Origin: Minisyncoccota bacterium
Lineage (GTDB): Bacteria > Patescibacteriota > Minisyncoccia > Phycocordibacterales > DSPV01
Assembly: GCA_041662545.1 (NCBI GenBank)
Contig: JBAZSH010000004.1
Location: forward strand, 1,803 to 65,802
Length of the DNA: 64,000 nucleotides
Direction of reading: 5' to 3'
Shown here: positions 10,095 to 20,214 of the stretch, piece by piece
Layout of the letters: each line of letters begins with the position of its first letter
Position numbering within the stretch: position 1 is the first letter of the stretch
The notes under the pieces: model-generated
Told to the model about the DNA's origin: nothing
The model's database searches: none
Seen by the model: the letters and a program-made list of their open reading frames with translations, nothing else
Translations under genes and position numbers: made by a program

Positions 10095-10725
10095 ATGATT
10101 AGGTACTATCAAAAAAAATGGCTTTACGCTCATTGAACTTCTGGTGGTAATTTCTATTATCTCGCTTTTGTCCAGTGTAGTTTTATCTTCTCTCTCTTCC
10201 GCCCGAGCAAAAGCGAGAGATGCGAAAAGATTATTTGAAATTAAACAAATACAAACTGCGCTACAATTATATGCAAGTAATAATGACGGTAATTATCCTT
10301 CTACAGGTTCACTTCACAATGTATATATGGATCCAGGTTGCGCACCACATAATTCTGGTGGAGATGTTGTTGGTACACAACAAAACTGGATTCCTGGATT
10401 AGTGCCAACTTATATATCTATTTTACCCAAAGACCCAATTGGTGTCTCTCAAGTTCCAGGCCAAACAGGCTTCAATGCATGTTACATGTATTCAAGTGAC
10501 GGCACCGGCTATCTCTTGAGCGCGTATGGCACAGTTGAAGGAAGTTCAAATGGTGGAAAGATGGATTCAAATTTTGGTTATCGAGAAATGTTTTATAATA
10601 GCAACGGTCAAGATCAGCAGTGTTATAACACAATCAACTATTCCGGGTTCATTCTTATTAGAAGAAAATCTTTTACACTAACAAACTTAACACCAAATGA
10701 TATGCATGGATGTTATACTCTTTGA
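10095..10725 (+). CDS. Type IV pilin / GspG-like prepilin, frameshifted at an A8 tract just before the cleavage motif
   Basis: KNG|FTLIELLVVISIISLLSSVV...ARAKARDAKR...LPKDP; in-frame TGA at 10096; ATG 10095 joins the frame if A8 becomes A7. Confidence 0.85.
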
Positions 10726-10782
10726 TAATTGGTATTCCTCTTCTATTGCATCAACAAATTATTGTTTATGTAATCCACCATA

Positions 10783-11787
10783 CTAACCACTAACTTTTTT
10801 TAGACCATAATCAGACGGCGCTTTGGCGAGTAATTCTTCCAGCGCCGGGCGGGTGAGCAATCCTTGATGCGCGCCGACGAATTGGATAACCGAACGGGCA
10901 TTGATGGGCGCCCAAAGCATTGCCTCACGCGGGGTTTTTCCTAAAATTAAAGCCGAAACGAAAGTAGCGGCATAGGCATCGCCAGCGCCGGTCCTTTCCA
11001 CCGGCGGTTTTGAATTAGGATAAGTCGGCATAAAAACAGCGCCTTCGCTATTGTGAATATAAGCGCCGTTTGCGCCGTTTGTAACAATGGCATTTTTCGC
11101 TCCCAAATTATGAAACTGCCGGACGGACTCCGCTCCATATTCATTAAGATTAAGTAATTTTCTAGCTTCTTCTCTATTACAAGCAAAAACATCAGAACGG
11201 CGAATAAACGGCAATAATTTTTCCAAGCCCAAAGAAAATTGAAAAGTGCCGGGCTGAAAAGCTAATCGGACATCGGGATTGGCTTCCAAATATTTTAAAA
11301 TTTCTTCTTGATATTTTTCCGAATCGGCCCCAATGGAACTTAAATAAATCCATTTTGGTTTTCCAAAAACTGGTAGGGCACGCTCGTAGGATTCGTGTCT
11401 AACCAAAATCGTCCGCTCGTCCTCATACCACAAAACATAATTAAGATTGGTCGGCGTATTTTTGTGGACAAATGCATAATCAATAGAAATCTTTTCTCTT
11501 TGAAGTGTCGCTAAACAATCTTTGCCATTTTTATCATCACCAAGATTAGTAACAACAGCGACAGAAAGTCCGAGCCGAGCCGCCGCAACGGCGGCATTAC
11601 TAGCGTTGCCAGTCGCGTAAATAATGTTGGCGGATTTATAGGGAATTTTTTGACCAAACGCCAAACACAACTCGCAACCTTCGCGATTCAAATTACAGTG
11701 AACCGAAGCATTTTCCAGACGAATAAAAGCGTCTATCGCGATATCGCCAATTGCTAAAAAGTCCACTGGTTTTTTATTGAAAAACAT
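10783..11787 (-). CDS. PfkB-family carbohydrate kinase
   Basis: GNASNAAVAAARLG, NREEA, VERTGAGDAY. Confidence 0.9.
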   Translation of the reverse strand: MFFNKKPVDFLAIGDIAIDAFIRLENASVHCNLNREGCELCLAFGQKIPYKSANIIYATGNASNAAVAAARLGLSVAVVTNLGDDKNGKDCLATLQREKISIDYAFVHKNTPTNLNYVLWYEDERTILVRHESYERALPVFGKPKWIYLSSIGADSEKYQEEILKYLEANPDVRLAFQPGTFQFSLGLEKLLPFIRRSDVFACNREEARKLLNLNEYGAESVRQFHNLGAKNAIVTNGANGAYIHNSEGAVFMPTYPNSKPPVERTGAGDAYAATFVSALILGKTPREAMLWAPINARSVIQFVGAHQGLLTRPALEELLAKAPSDYGLKKVSG

Positions 11788-11790
11788 TTT

Positions 11791-12000
11791 CTAAATTCTC
11801 ATAAACAAAATCACCGAAGCAATGAAAAAAATAATGGCGGCGGCGATTAAAACATAATTGGCAGTGGACTCGTTGGTAATGCCAAACCAGCGCATAACCA
11901 AACCAACTATACCTCGACTACCCGTTTGCCACCGTTGTGGTCGTTGTGGCGTAAAACGAGTGTTGTTTTCATTTTCTCCATAAAATTCTACATCTGACAT
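11791..12000 (-). CDS. Small membrane protein
   Basis: 69 aa, C-terminal hydrophobic helix, tightly packed in operon. Confidence 0.7.
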   Translation of the reverse strand: MSDVEFYGENENNTRFTPQRPQRWQTGSRGIVGLVMRWFGITNESTANYVLIAAAIIFFIASVILFMRI

Positions 12001-12009
12001 ATTTTAAAA

Positions 12010-12981
12010 TTAATTAGTAATTTCATTCAACGGCTTTTGACCACCAAAAAAAGCTATTAGATTTTCTGCCGCTTTTTGTGCCATATCACTTCTGGTTTCC
12101 GCCGTCGCCGAAGCAATGTGTGGCGTTAAAACGACATTGGGCAAGTCCTTAAGACCAGCCGCCAAAACCGGCTCATTTTCAAAAACATCCAAAGCCGCTC
12201 CTTTAATAATACCTCTTTTCAAAGCGTCCACCAGCGCGACTTCGTCCACCACCGGCCCGCGGGAAGTATTGACAAGATAAGCGGTTTTTTTCATTAAGGC
12301 CAACCGTTCAGCATTGATTAAATGTTTGGTTTCTGGCAAAAGTGGCACATGTAAGCTGATCACATCAGCTTGTTGTAAAACCTCTTCAACACTCTTAAAT
12401 TCGGCACTAATCTCTTCTTCTAATTTTTCGTTGTGAACCACATCGTGATAAATAATTTTCATACCAAAACCCAAGGCCAGTTTTCTCGCCACTTCCGCGC
12501 CAATTCTGCCGGCGCCTAAAATACCCAAGGTTTTTCCTTGTAAATCGATACCCCAGAAAAGCATCGGGTCCCAACCGTCATATTTGCCGGCGCGAACAAA
12601 ATTATCGCCTTCCACAATTCGACAAGTCAAGGCCAGCAGCAAAGCCAGCGCGTGCTCGGCAACACTTTCGGTGGAAGCGCCGGGTGTATTGGTAATCACG
12701 ATGCCACGATTTTTGGCTTCAACAATATCAATATTATTAAAACCAACAGCGTAATTAGCGAAGATTTTTGTCGTCGGTGAGGCATTAAAAATTTCAGCGT
12801 CAATTTGATCGGTCAGCAAGCAAAGCACACCATCGTAGTTACCATCACCAAGAATTTTCACTAGTTCGGCTTTTGGCAATAGTTCACTTTTGTCGCGCAA
12901 TTCAACATTGTGCCCTTTGTCCTTGAGCATTTGAACACCAACTTCCGGAATTTTGTGAGTTATAAATATTTTTGCCATCAA
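12010..12981 (-). CDS. D-glycerate / 2-hydroxyacid dehydrogenase
   Basis: AVGFNNID, GILGAGRIG, LVNTSRGPVVDE, ALDVFENEP, LTPHIAS. Confidence 0.92.
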   Translation of the reverse strand: MMAKIFITHKIPEVGVQMLKDKGHNVELRDKSELLPKAELVKILGDGNYDGVLCLLTDQIDAEIFNASPTTKIFANYAVGFNNIDIVEAKNRGIVITNTPGASTESVAEHALALLLALTCRIVEGDNFVRAGKYDGWDPMLFWGIDLQGKTLGILGAGRIGAEVARKLALGFGMKIIYHDVVHNEKLEEEISAEFKSVEEVLQQADVISLHVPLLPETKHLINAERLALMKKTAYLVNTSRGPVVDEVALVDALKRGIIKGAALDVFENEPVLAAGLKDLPNVVLTPHIASATAETRSDMAQKAAENLIAFFGGQKPLNEITN

Positions 12982-13844
12982 ACTTTATTAAAAATTTTTA
13001 ATTTTTCCTCTACAACCTTTTGTACCGCCTTCATTGGTTCTTTCAGATATTTATAGGGCGTGGTTTCTTCCAAATTTTCCTGAAGCGATTTTTGCAGCGC
13101 TTGGCGATAGGCAACGCGCAATTCGGTATTGATGTGAACAATCGCTACCCCTACATCAATCGCTTTCTGAAATTCTGCTGGTGAATTACCCGAACCACCG
13201 TGAAGAACCAAAGGAATTTTCGCGGTTTCGCTGATTTCTTTTATTCGCCCAATATTCAAAGATGGGTCTTTTCCACCACGAAGCATACCGTGAAAATTAC
13301 CTACAGCTGGTGCTAATAAATCTACACCGGTTTCTTCAACAAATTTTTGTGCTTCCTCTGGCTTGGTTAAATTTTCTGCCGAAAGTTGAACGCCAGCAGG
13401 TAGAACATCGTGAATTTTTGACGACTTGCCGATAAAACCGATTTCGCCTTCGGTGATAATTTCCGGATTTTTTGCCCGAGCATAGTCAACACATTGTTTG
13501 GTAATTTTAATATTTTCTGCCAAAGGTAATTCACTACCATCAAACATTGCCGCGTCAAAACCAGCATCCACAACTTCTTTGTAGCGCTCAAAACTAGAAG
13601 TATGGTCAGCGTTTATAAAAATCGGTAAATTATACTGATCACGCAAACTTTTCACTAGGGCCACCGCTTGTCGCACGCCAACGAAATCCCGCTCGCCATC
13701 GGACAAACCAATAATCACCGGCAATTCCAAACTTTTGGCCGCATTGAAAATTCCCCAAAGCGCCTCTAAGTTGGAAATATTAAAATGACCAATGGCAACT
13801 TTTTTCGCCCGCGCCTCCGCCAAACATTCCCGCAAAGTTTTCAT
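12978..13844 (-). CDS. fba: Class II fructose-bisphosphate aldolase
   Basis: INADH, MFDGS, EGEIG, AVGNFHG, LVLHGGSG, INTELR. Confidence 0.92.
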   Translation of the reverse strand: MKTLRECLAEARAKKVAIGHFNISNLEALWGIFNAAKSLELPVIIGLSDGERDFVGVRQAVALVKSLRDQYNLPIFINADHTSSFERYKEVVDAGFDAAMFDGSELPLAENIKITKQCVDYARAKNPEIITEGEIGFIGKSSKIHDVLPAGVQLSAENLTKPEEAQKFVEETGVDLLAPAVGNFHGMLRGGKDPSLNIGRIKEISETAKIPLVLHGGSGNSPAEFQKAIDVGVAIVHINTELRVAYRQALQKSLQENLEETTPYKYLKEPMKAVQKVVEEKLKIFNKV

Positions 13845-13899
13845 ATCAATATTGTAGCATATTCAGATTTCTCCACAAAAATGCTAGAATTAAAAATCT

Positions 13900-16800
13900 A
13901 TGGACAAATCGAAAACGGCCGAACGAGAGGAAAAAATTCTTAAGTTTTGGCGCGACAATAAAATTTTTGAAAAATCATTGGAAAAACCCGCGCCAAATGG
14001 GGAATTTACTTTTTATGATGGACCGCCTTTCGCTAGTGGTACACCTCATTTTGGTCATCTTCTGCCAACTTCTATCAAAGACGCGGTGCCGCGCTTTTGG
14101 ACAATGCGCGGTTTTCGAGTGGCACGCCGTTGGGGTTGGGATTGCCACGGTTTACCGGTAGAAAATTTAGTAGAAAAAGAATTGGGTCTGAAATCAAAAA
14201 AAGAAATAGAAAATTATGGGGTGGAAAAATTCAATGCGGTCGCGCGAGAGAGTGTCTTGCGCTATGCCGATATTTGGCGCGAGCAAATTCCGCGCTTCGG
14301 CCGGTTTGTGGATATGGATAACGATTACCGAACGATGGACGCTAATTACACCGAGAGTGTCTGGTGGGCCTTCAAAACACTTCACGGAAAAAATCTAATT
14401 TATGAGGGTTTCAAGCCAATGCATCTTTGCCCCCATTGCGGTACCACGCTTTCAAATTTTGAAGTGGCGCAGGGTTATAAAGATATCGCGGATATTTCAG
14501 TATATGCGAAGTTTAAAACTGATGATAAAACTTTCTTGCTGGCTTGGACCACTACACCGTGGACTTTACCGGGTAATGTCGCATTGGCGGTGGGAAAAGA
14601 TATTGATTATGTAAGGGTAGGAATAATGAATAAGGAATTAGGAATTAGGGAAGAATATATTTTGGCAAAAGCGCGGTTAGTTGTTTTGAAACAGGAATAT
14701 GAAATTTTAGAAGAATTCAAAGGAGAAAAATTGGTAGGTAAATCATATGAGCCAATTTTTGATTATTATAAAGGTCAGACCTTGGGGAATCGAGACCGGG
14801 GTTGGAAAATTTACGCCGCAGATTTTGTAACCACCGAAGACGGCACCGGCATTGTCCACATCGCGCCGGCTTTCGGCGAGGCCGATATGAAATTGGGCGA
14901 AAAAGAAAAATTGCCTTTTGTTCAGCATGTTGGTGTTGATGGAAAATTTAAGAGCGAAGTTTCTGATTTTGCTGGCCAAGATGTCAAACCAAAAGATGAC
15001 CCGACTCGTGCCGATGTCGCTGTGTTAAAATTTCTAGCCGCTAAAAATCTTTTATTCGCCAAAGAAAAAATTACTCACTCCTATCCGCATTGCTGGCGCT
15101 GCGAAACACCGCTTTTGAATTACGCCGCTTCTTCGTGGTTCGTAAAAGTGACGGCATTGAAAAATAAATTACTTGCCGAAAATGAAAAAATTCACTGGGT
15201 GCCGGAAACAATAGGGAAGTATCGTTTCGGTAATTGGCTGGCCGAAGCGCGAGATTGGGCAATTTCCCGCTCACGCTTCTGGGGCGCGCCATTGCCCGTT
15301 TGGCGTTGCGACAAATGCGGAAAATTGGAAATCATCGGCTCAATTGAAGATATAAAAAAACACCTGAAACCGCGCAATCGCTATATTGTAATGCGCCACG
15401 GCGAGTCGGAAAATAATGTAAAGGGAATTTTAAACACTGATTTAAAAAATAATGTTTTTCATCTGACTGAAAATGGAAAAGCTCAAACTAGAGAAAGTGC
15501 TGAAAAATTAGCGGTGGAAAAAATTGATTTGATTTTTGCTTCACCTTTTGCCCGAACAATCGATACCGCCGAGCTTGTCCGAGAAAAACTCGGTTTACCG
15601 AAAGAAAATTTGGTGATAGATGAGCGGCTAAAAGAAATTTCTGGCACTGAATTTGAGGGTTCGCCAGAAAGTGGTTATGGTAAATTTTACAAAAATTTTG
15701 AGGAAAGGTTTACAAAACGACCAAATGGCGGTGAAAATTATTTGGAGATAAAGAAGCGACTGGGAGATTTTCTTCAAGAAATTGACACTAAACACACTGG
15801 AAAAAACATTTTAATTGTTACTCACGGAGCGCCGGCTTGGCTCCTAGAACATACCGCCCTCGGTCTAACACCAAAACAAATGGCGCAGGTCTGGAAAAGA
15901 GAATCACTTTTACCAAACAGCCAATATCGAGAATTCTCCTTTCTTTCTTTGCCCCTTAACGAAAATCATGAATTAGATTTACATCGACCATTTATTGACT
16001 CCATCGAATTTGATTGCGCTTGTTCCGAAAAAATGCGACGAGTGCCGGAAGTTTTTGATTGCTGGTTTGAAAGCGGCTCAATGCCTTTTGCCGAATGGCA
16101 CTATCCCTTCGACTCCGCTCAGGGCAAGCCCTTTGAAAAAATTTTTAATCCTAAGCCCGGCTGGTTTCAAAAAGCAAAAAGATTTCCAGCCGACTTTATT
16201 GCTGAAGGATTGGATCAAACCCGCGGCTGGTTTTATTCCATGCTGGTGCTTGGTGTCGCTTTGTTCGGCAAATCACCTTACAAAAATGTAATCGTGAATG
16301 GTTTAGTTCTAGCCGAAGACGGCCGGAAAATGTCAAAAAGCTTAAAAAATTATCCGGACCTTATGCCGACCGTTGAAAAATATGGCGCCGACGCCATCCG
16401 TCTATATCTTTTGTCATCGCCAGCAGTGAGGGCTGAAGATGCTCGATTTTCCGAAAAGGGTGTGGATGAAGTGGCAAAAAAAGTCCTCGGCCGACTTGAT
16501 AATGTTTTGGCTTTTTATTTGCTTTACGCGGATAAAAATTTAACCAATGACCGTCAACCAACAACCAGCAACATTTTGGACCAATGGATACTGGCGCGAT
16601 TAAACCAACTTATCAGTGAGGTAACAAAGGCGATGGAAAATTATGAACTAGACAAGGCGGCGCGGCCGATCGGCGACTTCGTGGATGATTTGTCCACTTG
16701 GTATTTGCGCCGCTCCCGCGAGCGTATTAAAAACGGCGATGGGGACGGCCGCGCCGCGCTAGCAACTCTGCGTTTCGTATTGTTGGAACTTTCAAAAATA

Positions 16801-17379
16801 ATTGCGCCCTTTACGCCGTTTTTCTCGGAATATTTGTATAAAACAGTTGGCGGCGAAAAAGAAAGTGTGCATTTGGATAATTGGCCCGCCTGCAAGGCAG
16901 ACGGGCGAGGCGTTGCGGGCGGGCCCGAGACCAACTTACTTGAGGAAATGAAAGAGGTGCGACGGATAGTTTCATTGGCTTTGGAAGCACGAGCAAAAGC
17001 GAATATAAAAGTCCGACAACCGCTCGCTTCGCTTCGCATTAAATTTGGCATCAATTCACATATGGTTAATTTAATAAAAGATGAAGTGAATGTGAAGGAA
17101 ATTACTTTTAGCAACGAACTGAAAAATGAAGTGGAATTAGATACCACTATTACACCTGAGTTAAAAAGGGAAGGGAACTATCGGGAAGCGGTGCGACAAA
17201 TTCAAGAATTGCGAAAAGAAAAAGGCCTACGGCCCGGCCAATTGGCAACTCTCGCCACTTCAGCCCAAATTGCCTCCACTGGTTTGCTTCAAGAATTTGA
17301 GGATGATTTAAAACACTCCGCCTCGCTGGAAAGAATAAATCACGGTGTTTTAGCCGAGGGCGATTTTGAGTTGCGTTAA
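13900..17379 (+). CDS. ileS: Isoleucine--tRNA ligase with inserted histidine-phosphatase domain
   Basis: FYDGPPFASGTPHFGH, GWDCHGLP, WTTTPWTLP, DWAISRSRFWG, EGLDQTRGWF, KMSKS; RHGES domain ~15373-15945. Confidence 0.96.
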   Translation: MDKSKTAEREEKILKFWRDNKIFEKSLEKPAPNGEFTFYDGPPFASGTPHFGHLLPTSIKDAVPRFWTMRGFRVARRWGWDCHGLPVENLVEKELGLKSKKEIENYGVEKFNAVARESVLRYADIWREQIPRFGRFVDMDNDYRTMDANYTESVWWAFKTLHGKNLIYEGFKPMHLCPHCGTTLSNFEVAQGYKDIADISVYAKFKTDDKTFLLAWTTTPWTLPGNVALAVGKDIDYVRVGIMNKELGIREEYILAKARLVVLKQEYEILEEFKGEKLVGKSYEPIFDYYKGQTLGNRDRGWKIYAADFVTTEDGTGIVHIAPAFGEADMKLGEKEKLPFVQHVGVDGKFKSEVSDFAGQDVKPKDDPTRADVAVLKFLAAKNLLFAKEKITHSYPHCWRCETPLLNYAASSWFVKVTALKNKLLAENEKIHWVPETIGKYRFGNWLAEARDWAISRSRFWGAPLPVWRCDKCGKLEIIGSIEDIKKHLKPRNRYIVMRHGESENNVKGILNTDLKNNVFHLTENGKAQTRESAEKLAVEKIDLIFASPFARTIDTAELVREKLGLPKENLVIDERLKEISGTEFEGSPESGYGKFYKNFEERFTKRPNGGENYLEIKKRLGDFLQEIDTKHTGKNILIVTHGAPAWLLEHTALGLTPKQMAQVWKRESLLPNSQYREFSFLSLPLNENHELDLHRPFIDSIEFDCACSEKMRRVPEVFDCWFESGSMPFAEWHYPFDSAQGKPFEKIFNPKPGWFQKAKRFPADFIAEGLDQTRGWFYSMLVLGVALFGKSPYKNVIVNGLVLAEDGRKMSKSLKNYPDLMPTVEKYGADAIRLYLLSSPAVRAEDARFSEKGVDEVAKKVLGRLDNVLAFYLLYADKNLTNDRQPTTSNILDQWILARLNQLISEVTKAMENYELDKAARPIGDFVDDLSTWYLRRSRERIKNGDGDGRAALATLRFVLLELSKIIAPFTPFFSEYLYKTVGGEKESVHLDNWPACKADGRGVAGGPETNLLEEMKEVRRIVSLALEARAKANIKVRQPLASLRIKFGINSHMVNLIKDEVNVKEITFSNELKNEVELDTTITPELKREGNYREAVRQIQELRKEKGLRPGQLATLATSAQIASTGLLQEFEDDLKHSASLERINHGVLAEGDFELR

Positions 17380-17405
17380 GCCGTTTAGTATCCTATGATT
17401 GCCCA

Positions 17406-18419
17406 ATGAGTTTTTTTTCTCCCAAGTTAGGTATTGATTTAGGAACGACCAACACTCTGGTTTTTGTACCCGGGCGGGGCATTGTCTTAAATGAACCGTC
17501 GGTGGTAGCGATTAATGAAGATGACAAAAAAATTCTCGCCGTCGGCATTGAAGCAAAAAAAATGATTGGCCGAACGCCGGAATCCATCACTGCTTATCGA
17601 CCATTGAAAGACGGAGTGATTGCCGACTATCGCGTTACCGAAGCGATGCTCCGTTATTTCATAAACAAAGCACTCGGCAAATGGAGTTTTTTCAAACCGG
17701 AAGTTATGGTCTCGGTGCCAGCCGGCATCACTTCCACCGAACGCCGTGCGGTGGTGGAAGCGGCGATTAAAGCTGGCGCCCGCAGCGCCTATGTGGTTAA
17801 AGAACCAGTGCTGGCAGCCATCGGCGCCGGTATTCCTATTCACGAGCCAGTAGGCCATATGGTGGTGGACATCGGTGGCGGAACAATTGATGTGGCGGTA
17901 ATTTCGCTTGGGGGAATTGTTTCTTCCACTTCGGTAAAATGCGCCGGCGATCGCTTGGATGCCGCCATTGCCGATTACATTAAAAAAACTTTTAACTTGG
18001 TAATCGGCGACAAGATGGCGGAAAAAATAAAAATTGAAATTGGCTCAGCGGTAACAGTAGAAGAAGAATTGTCGATGGAAGTTAAGGGGCGAGATTTCGT
18101 TACCGGTTTGCCCAGAACGACAGAAATAAAAACCAATGAAATTGTTCGTGCAATTACCCGAGAACTGCGCGAGATGATTAAAGCCATTCGTGATGTCTTG
18201 CAAGAAACGCCGCCGGAATTGGCAGCTGATATTATTGATCATGGAGTAATTATGACCGGCGGTTCTTCGCAACTGCGAAATTTTCCGGAATTGGTTTTGC
18301 GTCGCACCGGAGTCAAGGCAGTTCTGGCCAAGGACCCGATTTTCTGCGTCGCCAAAGGCACTGGTATCGCCCTTGAACATTTGGGCACTTATAAGAAAAG
18401 CATTATCGCCAAAAGATAA
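17406..18419 (+). CDS. mreB: Rod shape-determining protein MreB
   Basis: GIDLGTTNT, EPSVVA, PLKDGVIAD, VDIGGGT, ETPPELAADI. Confidence 0.96.
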   Translation: MSFFSPKLGIDLGTTNTLVFVPGRGIVLNEPSVVAINEDDKKILAVGIEAKKMIGRTPESITAYRPLKDGVIADYRVTEAMLRYFINKALGKWSFFKPEVMVSVPAGITSTERRAVVEAAIKAGARSAYVVKEPVLAAIGAGIPIHEPVGHMVVDIGGGTIDVAVISLGGIVSSTSVKCAGDRLDAAIADYIKKTFNLVIGDKMAEKIKIEIGSAVTVEEELSMEVKGRDFVTGLPRTTEIKTNEIVRAITRELREMIKAIRDVLQETPPELAADIIDHGVIMTGGSSQLRNFPELVLRRTGVKAVLAKDPIFCVAKGTGIALEHLGTYKKSIIAKR

Positions 18420-18420
18420 A

Positions 18421-19113
18421 ATGATTTCTTTTGGAAATGGTCCGCTCCATCACGCCTATTTAATAGAAGGGGAGCGGCGAAGCGCGCATCTGGCGTTAAA
18501 CCGGTTTTTTGAAAATGAATTGAAATTAAAAATCCGGGGTAATCCCGATTTACTTTTTGTTGAATACGATACTTTTACCATTGACGAAGCGCGGGCGCTC
18601 AAAGATTGGCAAAGCAAGCGGCCGGCGGTCGGCGAAAGAAAATTTTTCGTCTTGGCGCTAAACAGCGCCACCAGCGAAGCGCAAAATTCACTTTTGAAGG
18701 TGTTGGAAGAGCCGACCGCCGGCACTCATTTCTTTTTAATCGCGCCGGCGGCGGAAATTTTTCTGCTCACCGTCCAATCAAGATTATCTATTATAAAATT
18801 TACCAGCGAAAGTGTTGACGACAGAACAGGGGAAGCAGAAAAATTTTTGAAATTAAATATCGGCGAACGATTGGCTTTCGCCAAATCGTTTGCCGACGAA
18901 ATCACCGATGGCAAGAAAACCAAAACCGATGCCATAAAATTTTTGGATACCGTTGAACTGGTTCTGCGAGAAAAAAATTTCGCCGACCCGACGGTTTTTG
19001 AACAATTGCTCCAATCCAAAATTTTCCTGCGCAGTTCCGGAGCATCAGTAAAAATGCTCCTGGAAAATCTGGCTTTACATTTTAGAGATAACTCCTTTTT
19101 GACAAAAAAATAG
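18421..19113 (+). CDS. DNA polymerase III delta-prime-like subunit (short form)
   Basis: HHAYLIEG, NPDL, AQNSLLKVLEEP, TVQSR; ATG at 18421 directly after mreB. Confidence 0.8.
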   Translation: MISFGNGPLHHAYLIEGERRSAHLALNRFFENELKLKIRGNPDLLFVEYDTFTIDEARALKDWQSKRPAVGERKFFVLALNSATSEAQNSLLKVLEEPTAGTHFFLIAPAAEIFLLTVQSRLSIIKFTSESVDDRTGEAEKFLKLNIGERLAFAKSFADEITDGKKTKTDAIKFLDTVELVLREKNFADPTVFEQLLQSKIFLRSSGASVKMLLENLALHFRDNSFLTKK

Positions 19114-19185
19114 TTAGGACTATTGTATGAGACGGAATACCTGGTTTGGTCTTTAATCTTGACCCTCAACAACAAAGGAAAAAGG

Positions 19186-19395
19186 ATGAACGATAAGTAT
19201 CTGCGGAGCCTAGCGAAATCACTCAGTTACAGAATTTGTGGAACCATTGTAACTTCTACTCTCGTTTTCTTATTTACGGAGAAGTGGTTTCTCTCGCTTA
19301 CTGTGGGCGCGGCGGAATTCTTTTTAAAGATAGTTTTCTTCTATATCCATGAGCGAGTGTGGTGCATGGTTAAATGGGGAAAAGGTTACCCCTAA
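19186..19395 (+). CDS. DUF2061-like small membrane protein
   Basis: RSLAKSLSYRI...YIHERVW..VKWG; AAGG-type RBS before ATG 19186. Confidence 0.75.
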   Translation: MNDKYLRSLAKSLSYRICGTIVTSTLVFLFTEKWFLSLTVGAAEFFLKIVFFYIHERVWCMVKWGKGYP

Positions 19396-19504
19396 GCCAC
19401 CCTGGGCCGATTACACTTTGTAGTCGGCTCTATTTTAAAATGGATTCTAACCCAATTAAAGTTTTCTTTTACCATATCAAAAATTATATCACAACTTTCA
19501 AAAA

Positions 19505-19591
19505 CGGAGGAGGTGGGATTCGGACCCACGAGACCCTTTAAGAGGTCCACGGTTTAGCAAACCGTTCCGTTAACCGCTCCGGCACTCCTCC
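19505..19591 (-). tRNA. tRNA-Ser(GCT)
   Basis: GGAGGAG/CTCCTCC-type acceptor stem, anticodon arm acggt-TTGCTAA-accgt, long variable arm, T-loop TCCGAAT. Confidence 0.93.
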
Positions 19592-19680
19592 AAACAACCA
19601 GATACACGATATCATAAAAACCGAGTTTTTCCACTTTGCCCTTTACTTACAAAATAGTATACTATGTAAATAATAAGTGT

Positions 19681-20214
19681 ATGTTTAGCGACCCGGAAAA
19701 AAATTTGGACCAGTTTGACTTGCAGAAGGGAATGCGGGTAGCGGACTTCGGTGCCGGCAGCGGTTTTTATGTGCTCACCGCCGCTAAATTGGTAGGCGAC
19801 AAAGGCAAGGTCTATGCGGTAGATATTCAAAAAGATTTGTTAGTCCGTTTAAAAAAAGAAGCGGCGGTAAAAAAAATCCTAAACATTGAAATTGTCTGGG
19901 GCGATCTGGAAAAAGTAGGTGGAGCAAAACTAGAAGATAATTCGGTAGATCGGGTAATTGTCTCAAATCTGTTGTTTCAAATTAATGGCAAAGAAAATCT
20001 GGCAAAAGAAGCTATGCGAATTTTAAAACCCGGGGGAAAAATTTTAGCAATTGATTGGATTGAATCTTTCGGCAACCTCGGCCCGCGAACAGAAAATGTT
20101 TTCGGCAAAGAAACAGCGCGAACGCTTTTTGAAAATGCCGGCTTCTCTTTGGAAAAAACAATTGATGCCGGCGCCCATCATTACGGTTTAATATTTTCTA
20201 AAAAGAAAAAATGA
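19681..20214 (+). CDS. Class I SAM-dependent methyltransferase
   Basis: VADFGAGSG, VYAVDIQ, RILKPGG, AGAHHYGL. Confidence 0.88.
   Translation: MFSDPEKNLDQFDLQKGMRVADFGAGSGFYVLTAAKLVGDKGKVYAVDIQKDLLVRLKKEAAVKKILNIEIVWGDLEKVGGAKLEDNSVDRVIVSNLLFQINGKENLAKEAMRILKPGGKILAIDWIESFGNLGPRTENVFGKETARTLFENAGFSLEKTIDAGAHHYGLIFSKKKK

Noticed and set aside
10087-10098. TGA read-through (genetic code 25) to rescue the pilin start
   Set aside because: Core genes here end in TGA at expected positions (gap, rpiB, rpe, rplY) and no conserved gene has internal TGA.
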